Made by a program: the position numbers and the translations under genes. A stretch of 64,000 bases of DNA from positions 19,136,229-19,200,228 of the forward strand of contig NC_057750.1 in assembly GCF_004010195.1 (NCBI RefSeq), written 5' to 3'. The DNA is from Chiloscyllium plagiosum. Taxonomy: Eukaryota. Each line of letters starts with the position of its first letter. Positions within the stretch are counted from its first letter, which is position 1. Below the pieces are notes generated by a model. That model ran no database searches. It was given only the letters and a program-made list of their open reading frames with translations, and had not been told where the DNA came from. Positions 50,451-63,464 of this stretch are shown piece after piece.

Positions 50451-52321
50451 ACCTTCCCTTGTCGTCAAAAACAGTCCCTCTGATCTCCCCTCACATGAAA
50501 TGTGCAGGACACATTTGGACTGACAGCACCTAACTTGATAAATATGACACCTGTGCTGGGAGGTTTGGAAATTTTCAGAATTAGCAAATTATTCTATCAG
50601 TAGAAAGAGGGAAGATGTGATGAATGGGACACGATATGGACATGATGCATAGATAAGAGTCATGTTTCAGAAAAAGGTCTTTTCCACAGAGAGAAACCTT
50701 GCATGAAATTCACCAAAATTGACACTTAACCAATTTCTGGTAAAATTCACCCTAATTCAAGGCAGAAATGTGTATAGTCCTCTGATTCCCAGGAATTGTC
50801 ACAGAAATCAGTGTAGAGGACACTTGTAAAAGCTGAATCCTCTGTTTCACTGCAATAGTATCCCAGTAAGATACATGATCTAAATGCCCAAAATCTCTTT
50901 CAGGAGCTTTGGAATGAAGGTGAGTGTGTATGCAAAATGTGTGAGGGGCACAATGTGGTAGGTAACTGGATGAGGAATTGAGTGCAGCGGGTTCAGATCA
51001 GTTTGGTGGATCTGAGTTAATATGGGGATGTTGGGTAGTGGGCACTACTCAGTAAAGAGTGTAATTGGAGGGGGGTGAGGGTAGTTTGGGTGAATGGGTA
51101 TAGTGCAAACAGGATATTCAAGGCTTAAAGTTTTTTTGGGTAGCAGAGGGCTAGTCAGTATGTGCTAGCCAAACGTTCAGTGTAGCAGTCAGTTTGGGGG
51201 TTGGTTGGTTTGGGAGGATTTGGAAGGTAGTCGAGTTGGGAGGGGAGTTTTGGAGAGAGGGTGTCAGTTGGTTCAGTTTGAGAAATAGTTGGGAGGATGG
51301 TAGTCAGGGTTGGGCAGTCGGGGAAGGGGTCAACAGTGGGGAGTTGGAAAAGCCAGATGTATATAACTCAAGAGTTAAAACTCTTTTATTTATCCATGCA
51401 ACATTTCCTGGTAACTATCCAGGCAAGTTGGAATGCTTTGAAGGCTCTGACTCCAATTCAGATCTGGAAACCTTTTTAGAGAGTTTTGCCTGCAGGGAAT
51501 TGGTCATTGGAAGTTTAAGCTTGCATCGTGTTGGGACTTCCTGATATCCCAGTTCCTGTTTTATGGGACACATCCAGTCTGATGATCTAGACTGGAAGTG
51601 CTGGGCACATGCCACAGATTGTGAGCAGAAGAAAGTGTAGGGTGAATCTTAATGTAATTTAAATCTAATCTAAAACAAAGAACTGCGGATGATCTGAAAT
51701 GAAAACAGCGATTGCTGGAGAAAATCAGGAGGTCTGGCAGCATCTGTGGACAGAAAGCAGAATTAGCATTTTGAGTCCAGTGACCCTTGTTCAGAACTGA
51801 ATAGTTCAGCTGGAACTCTGCTCATCTTATTTCCCTCTCACTTTAGTTATACAAGAATTCATGTTCTCCATGACAATCAATTAAAGGACTTCAGTTTGGA
51901 AAGCAATCACTTTGCTTAACTTGACTCGCTAATTTTCTAGTTTGCAGGTGTCTTTTCAAGGCCAGCGTTAGCTGAATTTCTTATCAGCAAGGACAGTCCT
52001 TGTTTGTTCTGTTTCTTTGTAGAGATGTTATCAGCTTGACCTTTCTCACAGTAATTCTTTTTGATTCAAACTGCCCTTCTCATAGAAATGTTCTTAAATA
52101 GCAAAGATTAATTATAAAAATGAACTACTTGCTAACAGAAATTTTAAATCAGAACTGGCTGTTATGGCAGAAGCTGCAATAACATTTAAGGGGAACTGGA
52201 TTGGAAAAGCGGAAAATAATGCAGGGAAAAGGCAGGGAATGGGGCATTGACAAAGACGTGATCGGCCAATGTGCTGCTAATATCACTTGAAGGGAGGTGT
52301 TGTAGGCCTAATGGTATTATT

Positions 52322-52606
52322 GTTGAAAAGTCTAGTGCTGGAAAAGCACAGCAGGTCAGGCAGCATCCCAGGAGCAGGAGAATCATTGTTTTGGGCATCC
52401 CAGGATTCCTGATGAAGGGCTTTTGCCCAAAACATTGATTCTCATGCTCCTTGGGGTACCTATTCCCTTCAGCACGTCACTCGCACATTCCCGTCAGGGC
52501 CTCTGTGGCGGGCTGTTGGCGGCGGTTTAAAGTGCCTGACCTGCTGTGCTTTTCCCACGGCACACTTTTCAACTCTGATCTCCAGCATCTGTAGTCCTCA
52601 CTTTCT
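52322..52606. mobile_element. Fold-back pLTR mini-insertion (family B) carrying a GC-rich foreign segment, 15-bp TSD
   Basis: TSD CCTAATG(G/T)TATTATT at 52307-52321 and 52607-52621; CTGATGA near 52408; foreign segment about 52456-52532. Confidence 0.85.
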
Positions 52607-52864
52607 CCTAATGTTATTATTACTAGACTATTAATCCAGACACCCAGGTAATATTTTAATTTGATTTGATTTATTATTGTCACATGTACCACGATACAAT
52701 GAAAAGTATTGTTATGTGTGCTATAATTACAGAAGAGTAATAGAACAGAATGCAGAATATAGTGTTACAGCTACAGAGAATGTTTAGCCGAATATTAATA
52801 TGTGAGAGATCCATTCAAATGTCTGATAACAGCAGGGAAGAAGCTGTTCTTAAATTTGATTTAG

Positions 52865-54640
52865 ATTCATACAGCGCAGAAAGACCTTTCCACCCATCAC
52901 GTTTGCACTGACATAACTACCACTAAAACTGTGCTAATCCCAATTTCCTGCACTTGCCCCATATCCTTTAATGTTATGATATTTGAAGTGCTCATCCAAA
53001 TGTTTTTTAAAGGTTGTAAGATTTCTGGTCACCACCAATTTCCCAGGCAGTGCATTCCAGATTCGCACCATCTGCAAAGTGAAAACATTTTTTTTCCCAA
53101 ATCCTCTCCTCACCTCCTGCCTTTTCCCCTAAAATGATGTCCTCTTGCGACTGACCCCTCAACCAAGGGGAACAGCTGCTCATTATTCACCCTGTCCATA
53201 CCCCTTAATCTTACACACCTCAATCATGTCCTCCTCAGTCTTCTCTGATCTGGAAAAAAACAATCCAAACCTACCTAGCCTCAATTGTGGCTCAATTTCT
53301 CCATCACAGGCAACATCCCTGTGAATCTCTGCTGTCTCCCCTCCAGCGCTATCACATCCTTCCTGTAGTGAGGTGACCAGAACCTGCACTCCAGTTGAGG
53401 CCTGACCAATGCTCTGTACAATTTCACCATTACCTCCTTGCTCTTATTCTCTATGCCACAATTAATAAAAACAAGTGTCTCATATGCTTTCTTAACTATT
53501 GTATTCGTGTGCTCTGCTGACTTCAGGGATCTGTGAATAATTACCCCAAGATCTGTCTGTTCACTTAAGCTACTCAATGTCCTGCCATCATTAAATATTT
53601 CCTCATCTTGTTTTGTCTTCCAAAGTGCATCATCTCACACTTATCGAGGTTAAACACCATCTGTCACTAGTCTGCCCAACTGACCAACCCATCTATATCC
53701 TCCTGTAACCTATAACCATCTTCTTCACTATTGTCCACTTTACCAATCTTGGTGCCATCTGCAAATTTGTTTAACATCCCTCCCACATTTTCATCTATAT
53801 CATTTATGTACATAACAAACAGTACGGGTGCCTGTAATAATCCCTGTGGTACACTACTAGACACTGACCTCCAGTGACTCAAACAGCCTTCTACCACTAC
53901 CCTATGTGTCCTATTACTAGGCCCCTTTCTGATCCATCTTGCTGCATTTCTCTCAATTCCATGTTCTTCACCCTTCTTAATCAGTGACCCATGTGCAACC
54001 TTGTCAAAAACCTTGCTTAAATCCATAAAAATTGCAGCAATTGAACTTTCCTCACCCACACACTTGATCACATTTTCAAAAATTTCTAACAAATTTGTTA
54101 GGCATGACCTCCCTCTGACAAAGCCAGAATGACTATTTAATTAACCCATGCCTTTCCAAGTTGGTATTAATTCGCTCCTTCAGAATTTTTTCCAAAAGCT
54201 TTCCTACCACTCATGTGAGACTTGTCGTTCTGTAATTTCCTGGCTCATCTCTACCACCCTTCTTAAAAAGTGGAACCATATTTGCCAACCTCCAGACTTC
54301 TGGCACTTCCCCCATGGCCAGAGGGAAATTAAACATTTGGGTCAGAGCCACTGCAATTTCCAGCTTCACCTCCCACAGTAGCCCTGGATGCAATTCATCC
54401 AAGCCAGCGGATTTGTCTGTTCTTAAGCCTGACAGAGTCTCCAATAACTCTCGATTTCGTATGTCAAACTTTCCAAGCTCTTCACCACCCCTTTTCCTGA
54501 ATTCCACACTTATGTTCTCCTTTGCTAAAGTGAAGACCAAAGAGATGTATTCATTCAACACCCTTCCAATATCCTGTGCCTTTGCACATAGGCCCCTAGT
54601 GGTCCCTGCTCTTTCCCTCGTTAACATCTTCCCTTCATGT
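52865..54640 (-). mobile_element. CR1 LINE, 5'-truncated, degenerate
   Basis: DKSAGLDELHP, VFDKVAH, KFADGTKIG, RPQLEC. Confidence 0.85.
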
Positions 54641-55199
54641 GTTTTCACACTTGTGTATCTTCTGCCCAATGGAAGAGAGTGGAAAAGTGTATAACGGGGA
54701 TGAGAGGGGTCTTTGATTATGTTAGCTGCTTTCCCAGAGAGTGGTGGGTGTGTGGAATGCACTGCTAGCAGTGGTAGTAGACTCAGAGACACTGGGGACA
54801 TTTAAGTGACTGCTGGACAATCACATGGACGGCAGTAAATTGTGGGGTGGGTAGGTTAGGTTAATTGCTGGGCACAACATAGTGGGAAGTATTGATGGAG
54901 TCAATGGATGGAGTGGTTTGTGTGATGGAGTGGACTGTGTTCACAACTGTGTAATTTCTTGCGGACTTAGGCAGAGCATTGCCATACCAAGCTGTGATTC
55001 ATCCAGATGGGATGCTTTCTATAATGCATCTATAAAAATTGGTAAATGTCATTGTAGACATGCTGAATTTCTTTAGCCTTCTGAGGAAGTAGAGGTGTTG
55101 ATATGCTTTAGAACATAGAACATAGAAAAATACAGCACAGCCCTTTGGCCCATAATGTTGTGCCGAGGTTTAATCCGAATGTAAAATATAGTAACTTAA

Positions 55200-58100
55200 C
55201 CTACGCACCCCTCAACTCACTGCTATCCATGTGCATGTCCAGCAGTCGCTTATATGTCCCCAATGACTTTGCTTCCACCACTTTAACTGGCAATGCATTC
55301 CATGCATTCTTAACTCTCTGCATAAAGAACCTACCTCTGATGTCTCCTTTATGCCTTCTTCCTAATATCTTAAAACTATGACTTCTCGTACCAGTCAATC
55401 CTGCCCTGGGGAAAACTCTCTGGCTATTGACTCTATCTATTTCTCTCATTATTTTGTACACTCAATCAGGTCTCCTCTCTTCCTCCTTCTCTCCAGAGAG
55501 AAAAGTCCAAGCTTATTTAACCTTTTTTCATATAGCAAACCCTCCAGTCTAGGCAGCAACCTGGTAAACATTCTTTGCACCCTCTCCAAAGCCTCTGTAT
55601 CTTTCCTATAGTAGGGCGACCAGAAACCAGAACTGGACACAATATTCCAAGTGTGGTCTCACCAGAGACTTGTAGAGCTGCAGCAAAACTCGATCCTCCT
55701 GTTAATGAAAGCCAAAACACCATATGCTTTCTTAACAACCCTATCTACTTGGGCGGCAACTTTGAGGGATCCATGTACTTGCACACCCAGATCCCTCTGT
55801 TCCTCCACTCTGCCAAGAATCCTGTCTTTAATCCTATATTCAGCATTCGAGTTCGACCTTCCAAACTGCATCACTTTGTATTTACCCAGGTCGAACTCCA
55901 TCTACCATTTCTCAAACCAGCTCTGTATCCTGTCTATGTCATGCTGCAGCCTGCAGTAGCCCTCTAAACTATCGATGACACCTCCAACCTTTGTGTCATC
56001 TGCAAATTTACTAACCCACTCCTCAACCTCCTCATCCAAATCATTTATAAAAACTACAAAGAGCAGAGGCCCAAGAACAGAGCCCTGTGGGACCCCATCA
56101 ACACTGACCTCCAGGCAGAATATTTTCCATCTACAACCACTCTCTGCCTTCTGTCAGCCAGCCAAGTGTGAATCCAGATAGCCAAATCTCCCTGTATCCC
56201 ATACTTCCTGACTTTATGAATGAGCCTACCATGGGGAACCCTATCAAATTGCTGAAATCCATATACACCACATCCACTGCTCTACCGTCATTTACCTGTC
56301 TTGACACCTCCTCAAAGAACTCAATAAGATTTGTGAGGCATGACCTGCCCCTCACAAAGCCATGCTGACTGCCTTTAATCACACTATGCTTTGCCAAATA
56401 GTCATAAATCCTATCCCTCAGAATTCTTTCCACAACTTTGCTGACACAGATGTAAGACTGACTGGTCTGTAATTGCTAGGGATTCCCTATTACCCTTCTT
56501 GAAAAGTAGAACAACATTCGCCTCCTTCCAATCTTCCGGTACGACTCCCGTGGAGAGTGAGGAGGCAAATATCCTCGCCAGTGGCTTAGCAATCTCCTTT
56601 CTCGCTTCCCGGAGCAGCCGAGGATAAATCTGGTCTGGCCCTGGGAACTTATCAATCTTAATGTTTTCCAAAATTTCTAGCACATCAACTTCATCAATCT
56701 TGATCTGGTCAAGACGGTATCCTAGCTCCTCTAAGTTTTCATTTATAACAAGTTCCCTTTCCTTGGTGAAAACCAAAGCAAAAAACTCATTTGGGGCTTC
56801 CCCCATCTGCTCAGACTCCATGCACAAGTTCCCTCTGCTATCCCTGAACAGCCCTACCTTCTCCCTGAGCATTCTCTTATTCCTCACGTATGAGTAAAAT
56901 GCCTTTGGGTGCTCCCTAATCCTTCCTGCCAAGCCTTTTTCGTGCCCCCTCCTGGCTCTCCTTAGTCCATTTCTGAGCTCTTTTCTAGCAAGCCTGTAAT
57001 CATCTAATGCTGTGCTAGATCCTTGCTTCTTCCACCTTATGTAAGCTGCCTTCTTCCTTTTGACGAGAAATTCCTCTGTTCTCGTCATCCAAGTTTTCTT
57101 AATCTTACCCCTTCCTACCTGTCTCAGAGGAACAAATTTGTGCATCACTCGCAACAACTGATTAGATTAGATTAGATTAGATTACTTACAGTGTGGAAAC
57201 AGGCCCTTCGGCCCAACAAGTCCACACTGCCCCGCCGAAGCGCAACCCATCCATACCCCTACATTTATCCCTTACCTAACTGTACGGGCAATTTAGCATG
57301 GCCAATTCACCTGACCTGCACATCTTTGGACTGTGGGAGGAAACCGGAGCACCCGGAGGAAACCCGAGCAGACACGGGGAGAACGTGCAAACTCCACACA
57401 GTCAGTCGCCTGAGGCGGGAATTGAACCCGGGTCTCTGGCGCTGTGAGGCAGTAGTGCTAACCACTGTGCCACCATGCCGCTCCTTAAATAGTCTCCACA
57501 TGTCTGCTGTGCCCTTTCTGTGGAATAATTGCTCCCAGTCTGTACTACCCAACTCCTGTCTGATAGCATCATAATTTCCTTTTCCCCAATTAAATATTTT
57601 CCCTCGGTAACTGCTCCTTTCACTCTCCAAGGCTATGTGAGGCAGTTGTGATCACTTTCACCAAAGTGCTCTCCCGCTGCAAGATCTGACACCTGTCCTG
57701 GCTCGTTGCCAAGCACCAAATCCAAAATGGCCTCTCCCCTCGTCGGTCTGTCTACATACTGAGCAAAGAAACCCTCCTGAACACACCTGACGAAAACGGC
57801 TCCATCCAACCCATCTGCACTTAGGAGGTTCCAGTCGATATTGGGAAAGTTGAAATCACCCATAACAACAACCCTGCTACTTTTGCATTTTTCCAGATTC
57901 TGCCTGCCTATGAGATCTTCAATCTCTCTACTGCTATTAGGTGGTCTGTAGAAAACCCCTAATGAGGTGGCTGTTCCCTTGCTGTCCCTAACTTCCACCC
58001 ATACTGACTCAGTAGACAAACCTTCCTCAACAACCTTCATTTCTGTAGCTGTGATGCACTCTCTGATTTGCAATGCTGCACCCCCTCCTCTTTTTCCACC

Positions 58101-58280
58101 CTCCCTGTTCTTTTTAAACGTTCTAAACCCTGGAGCATCAAGCAACCATTCCTGCCACTGCGAAACCACCCCTCCGATATGGCCACAGCATCGTAGCCCC
58201 AAGTACTGATCCATGCTCTAAGTTTGTCACCCTTATTCCGGACACTCCTTGCATTAAAGCAGACACACTTTAACCGATCC
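55200..58280 (-). pseudogene. CR1 ORF2: APE endonuclease and RT, frameshifted, SINE-interrupted
   Basis: CVCFNARSVRNK, GVFYRPP, MGDFNFP, ILDLVL, ESDHN, GSQHGFVRGRSCLTNL. Confidence 0.88.
57161..57481 (-). mobile_element. HE1-type SINE, full length
   Basis: Complete tRNA head, body and (ATCTA)n tail inside CR1 ORF2. Confidence 0.9.
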
Positions 58281-58364
58281 CTATGTTTCATCGCGTGAGA
58301 AACCTTCCTGATAGTTTCAATATATCCTGTCACTGCCCTGTCTGCAACTGACCCCCTCTCAGAC

Positions 58365-59322
58365 ATGTGGCTCTGATTCCCAACCCCCTGCCAAACTAGT
58401 TTAAAACCCCCCGAATCACACGAGCAAATCTTCCACCCAGGAATTTGTACCCCTTCAGTTCAGGTGCAACACATCCTTCTTGTACAGGTCTCACCTTCCC
58501 CAGAAGGTATCCAATGATCTAGGTATCTGAAGCCCTCCCTCCTGCAACAGCCTTGCAGCCACGTGTTAAGTTGCATTCACTGACTGTTCCTCACCTCACT
58601 ATCTCGTGGCACCGGTAGCAAACCTGAGATCACTACTCGTCCTGCTCTTCAGATTCCAACCTAACTCTCTGTAGTCAGTTTCAGATCCTTAATCCCTTTT
58701 CTGGCTATATAATTGGTGCCAAAATGTACCACGACTTCTGGCTGCTCACTCTTCCCCTTCAGAATCTTGTAAACCCGAATGGCAACATCCCGGACCCTGG
58801 CACCAGGGAGGCAACATTTCTTCCGGGAGTCCCGTTCCTGACCACAAAACCTCCTGTCAATCCATCTAACTATTGAGTCCCCTACAACTAGCGCTTTTCT
58901 ATTCTTCCCCTTTCCCTTCTGAGCCACAGTGCCAGCTCAGTACCAGAGACCTGACAACTATGGCTTTCTTTTGGTAGGCTGTCCCCACCAGCAGTATCCA
59001 AAACGGTATACTTATTGCTGAAGGGAACGGCCACAGGGGACCCCTGCTCTGGCCATCGGTTCCCTTTTTTCCCCCTGACTGTAACCCAGCTGTCTTTATC
59101 CTGTGTCTGGAAAGTGACCACCTCCCTGTACATCCTCTCAATTTCCCCCTCAGCCTCCCGGATGATCCGTAGTTCATCCAGCTCCAGCTCTAGTTCCCTA
59201 ACTCGGTTTTCGAGGTGCTGGAGTTGGGTGCACTTCCCGCAGATGTAGTCAGCAGAGGCATGTGAAGTGTCTCTCACCTGCCACATTCTGCAGGAGGAAC
59301 ATGCAACTGCCCTAATGTCCAT
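58365..59322 (-). pseudogene. CR1 ORF1: zinc finger, coiled coil and SGNH/GDSL esterase, frameshifted
   Basis: CSSCRMW..YICGKC; LENRVRELELELDEL; VVGDSIVR, CCLPGA, VVVHFGTN. Confidence 0.85.
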
Positions 59323-60404
59323 AACCCGTTACTCTTATAGCCCGCACAGAACTAAACAAAAGAAGAGAAGAAAAAAAAAGAAACCTGAAAACTCACCTAG
59401 TTTACAGACTCTTGGTAAGGTTAGAGGAGATGGGTGGGAGGGAGGCCATACGGTGTAGGGTTTTGTGTTTAGATCTCACCCACTTAAAACTGCCCAGAAA
59501 TCCTTCACTCCTCCCTCGCACCTCTAGGCAAATGGAGGCCCCGACGCCTGAAGTAAGGTTTTTAAACGGTTAGACTCACCTTCCCAGAAGTCCTTTGCTC
59601 CTCCCTTGCTTTCTTGACCATAGCATTGACCTGAATGGACCCAGACAGATTGCTGGTGATATTTACACCAAGGAACTTGAAAATCGACCATCTCCACCTC
59701 AGCATCACTGATATACACAAGGATGTGTTCTCTAAGTTGATGACGAGCTCCTTTGTTTTGCTGACATTGAGGGAGAGATTGTTATCTTTACACCATGCCA
59801 CTGAGTACTCTATCTCTTTTCTAAACGCTGTATCTTTCTTGTTCAAGATTCGACCCACTGCGGTGGTGTCATCAGCAAACTTGGAATAAGAGCAGATTTG
59901 GCCACATATTCGTGAATGTATAAGGAGTATAATAAAGGGCTAAGTATGCAACTTTGCAAGGCACTGGTTCTGAGGATCATTGTCGAGGAGTTGTTGCCCT
60001 GTCCTAGGTTTGAATGCTGTCATGGTAGACAGTAGAATTGGATTCAATAATAGTCTGGAATGAAGATGACCATGAAACCATTGCTGATTGTCAGAAAAAA
60101 ATCCACCTGGTTCACTAATGTCCTTTCGGGAAGGAAACTGCCGCCCTTACCTGGTCCAGCCTGCATGTGATACAGGATTCACAGCAATGTGGTCAACTCT
60201 TAAATATACCAAGTAGGAATGGGCAATAAATACAGGTCTGGCCAGTGGTGCTCTTCCCTAATCATCCTGTGAATGAAAAAAAAGGGTCAGCATACTCCTG
60301 AGTTGCACTGCCACATTTTGACATTGATGAAACAACAAAACACAATTTTAAAAGACCTTTGAGGTAGTTCAAGGCTCTTTCTCCACTACTTATTCAGATG
60401 ATTG

Positions 60405-62190
60405 TATAAAAAGCAAGTGGGTAACTAGAGAAAGGATTGGTCCACTAAAGGATAATGAAGGAAGGTTGTGTGTCGAACCTGAGAGAATGGGTGAGATTCT
60501 GAATAGTTACTTCGCATCAGCGTTCACTGAGGAGAGGGACATGATGAATGTTGAAATTAGAGATAGAAGTTTGATTACTCTGGATCACGTTGACTTAAGT
60601 AGGGAAGATGTGTTGGATAGGCTAGAGGTTATTAAGGTGGACAAATCCCTAGGATTGGATGGGATCTATCCCAGGTTGCTGAGGGAGGCGAGAGAGGAAA
60701 TAGCTGGGGCTCTGAGAGATATCTTTGCAGCATCCTTAAACACAGGTGAAGAGCCGGAGGACTGGAGTGTTGCTCATGTTGTCCCCCTGTTCAAGAAGGG
60801 TAGTAAGGATATTCCAGGTAACTACAGACCCGTGAGCCTGACTTCAGTGGTGGGAAAGTTGGTGGAAAAGGTACTGAGGGATAAAATCTATTTATATTTG
60901 GAAAAGAATGGACTTATCAGTTATAGGCAACATTGTTTTGTGCCGGGGAGATAATGCCTTATCAACTTAATAGAGTTCTTTGAGAAAGTGACTAAGTTGA
61001 TAGATGAAGGAAGGGCTGTAGTTATCATATACATGGTCTTTAGTAAGGCGTTTGATAAGGTTTCCCATGGTAAACTAATGGAGAAAGTGAAGTCACATGG
61101 TGTGCAGGGTGTTCTAGCTAGGTGGATAAAGAACTGGTTGAGCAACAGGAGACAGAGAGTAGTAGTTTCTCAAAATGGAAAAAGGTGACCAGTGGTGTTC
61201 TACAGGGATCAGTGCTAGGGCCACTGTTGTTTGTGATATACATAAATTATCTGGAAGAGGGCACTGTTGGTATGATCAGCAAGTTTGCAGATGACACAAA
61301 GATTGGTGACGTAGCAGAAAGCATAGGGGACTGTCAGAGAATACAAGAGAATATAGATAGACTGGAGGGTTGGGTGGAGAAGTGGCAGATGGAGTTCAAT
61401 CCAGGCAAATGTGAGGTGATGCATTTTGGGAAGTTCTAGAACAAATTATACAGTGAATGGAAGAGCCTTGGGAAAAGTTGATGAGCAGAGTGATCTGGGA
61501 GTTCAGGCCCATTGTACCCTGAAGGTTGCTGCACAGGTGGATAGAGTGGTCAAGAAGGCATACAGTATGCTTACCTTCATCGGACGGGGTATTGAGTATA
61601 AGAGCTGGCATGTCATGTTAAAATTGTACAAGACTTTGGTTCAGCCGCATTTAGAATACTGTGTACAGTTCTGGTTGCCACATTACCAAAAGGATGTGGA
61701 CGCTTTGGAGAGGGTGCAGAGAAGGTTTACGAGGGTGTTGCCTGGTATGGAAGGTGCTAGCTATGAAGAGAGGTTGAGTAGGTTAGGATTGTTTTCATTA
61801 GTAAAAAGGAGATTGAGGGGGGACCTGATTGAGGTTAACAAAATCATGAATCAGGGTAGATATAGATAAGCTTTTTCCCAGGATGAAAGATTCAATAACG
61901 AGAGGTCATGCTTTCAAGGTGAGAGGTGAAAAGTTTAAGGGGGATACATGCAGCAAGTACTTTACACAGAGGGTGGTAGGTGCCTGGAACGTGTTGCCAG
62001 CAGAGGTAGTATAGGCAGGCACGGTCGCTTCTATTAAGATGCATCTGGATAGATGCATGAGTAGGTGAGGAGCAGAGAAATACAGATGCTTAGAAATTTA
62101 GTGGATTTAGACAGTGGATTTGGATCGGCACAGGCTTGGAGGGCCGAAGGGTCTGTACCTGGGCTGTAAATTTTCTTTGTTCTTCTTTGT
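60405..62190 (+). mobile_element. CR1 LINE, 5'-truncated ORF2 and 3'UTR
   Basis: VDKSLGLDGIYPRLL, GNYRPVSLT, SKAFDKV, KFADDTK, PHLEYCVQFW. Confidence 0.92.
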
Positions 62191-62589
62191 TTTTTATGAT
62201 CATCGTAATGATTACCATTGCATAAACAATGTTCCTATTTCTTTAAACTGTCCATCTGGATGGCTCACTCTGAATTCCTCTGACCTTGTACAACTACCAT
62301 CTACCTCTGGCTGTACCTTTTTTCTCAATTTCTACTGGACTGTGTGAAATCTTGTATTTTTTGCCACACTTCTCCAAGTGTTTCCCCATCCCTCTTACAG
62401 ACACTTGTGCTGAGTTCTGATTAACCCACTGGTATCAATGGTGCCCATTTATTACATATGACAGGTTACTATTCTTCATTGGTGAATCTAGACAGTGAGG
62501 AGAAAAATGTATAGTGCATAGTTACAATGGTGGTTGCCTTCACTAGTGTCCTCCTCACTGAGCCCCACATCTCCTTACACAGGGAAAAT

Positions 62590-62810
62590 GGCAGCACTTG
62601 TTTGTTTGCATGCCACTGTTTTGGCATGATACCCAAAAAGGTCAGTGACTGAACAGCACGACTTCCTCTCAAAACTGGATGGAATGTGGTTATAAAGAAC
62701 AAAATAATCTGACTCATGTGCTGCAGCTTGTCCAAATGGAATGTGTGTAATGGTATCCTGGGCAACCAGGACCACACCCTCCGCTGTGGAATGGGAATGG
62801 TCCACCACCC
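62590..62810. promoter_or_regulatory. Candidate enhancer (AP-1/TEAD/RUNX/ETS/FOX motif cluster)
   Basis: TGACTCA at 62710; GGAATG at 62681, 62738, 62788 and 62794; TGTGGTT at 62685; GACCACA at 62770; ACTTCCT at 62661; in non-repeat DNA. Motif evidence only. Confidence 0.35.
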
Positions 62811-63464
62811 ACCAAAAGCAATGGAACCAGCTTGCTTCACATCAACTCTTTTCAATACATAACCAGGTCAGTACTGGTGTTCATAGTCTGTCTGATCGTG
62901 TTATAGGCTGACAAGGATTTCCTGCTGTCAAAAACATCAATGCTGACTTTTGTCCGGTGGAGGCATGAGCTACTCTTGCCTGATAGCATCCTTAACAGAG
63001 TGCAGTCACTGATCTTAACCAAAGGAACTGAACTGAGATGCATTGATATTTCTGTGAAGATTCCCAGCTCCAGATGGGAATAATATTTTTAAAACCTCCT
63101 GGCAAAAATACACTGTATATGAAAGTTAGTTTTGCTTCTGGAATCTATTTTAGACTGAGCCAGAATAAATTTGAGTACTTCTTAAGGTTTTTGAAACAGG
63201 AACTTAACAGTGTTCCGTTTTATATCCAAGCACTTTTATCTGATGAGATCATCCAGTGAACAGCCAGTACTTGGGCCTCAGTTCACAGGGATACAGTCAA
63301 AATCTCCAGAACTGACTTTACCAAACTAAATCTTCCAGTGTACAAACATTATTGACATAGGTTTGTTTCTGTTCTGGAGAGTCATCGCAGGGCCCCTAAT
63401 TGGTGTCTTTCACCTGTGAGAGCAACAAATCCATTTCTACACTGGTGTCAATTGTGAATCTCTG

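Larger units (their letters stand above)
55110..59606 (-). mobile_element. Apparently full-length CR1 LINE (5'UTR, ORF1, ORF2, tail) with inactivating mutations
   Basis: TSD TGCTTT at 55104-55109 and 59607-59612; (TTCTATG)n tail; ORF1 and ORF2 colinear; host LINE rejoins across it. Confidence 0.9.
52660..60000 (-). mobile_element. Rex-Babar/L2-like LINE broken into pieces (about 52660-52860, 54640-54745, 54885-55109, 59607-60000) by nested CR1s
   Basis: FADDTTAVGRI..WCKDNNLSLNVSKTKELVI..FKFLGVNITSNL..MVKKA, continuing as HLYFLRRLKKF..FYRCIIESI beyond the CR1. Confidence 0.7.

Noticed and set aside
51925..52040. Branch point and acceptor (CTAAT..TTTGCAG)
   Set aside because: No downstream donor or recognisable coding frame.
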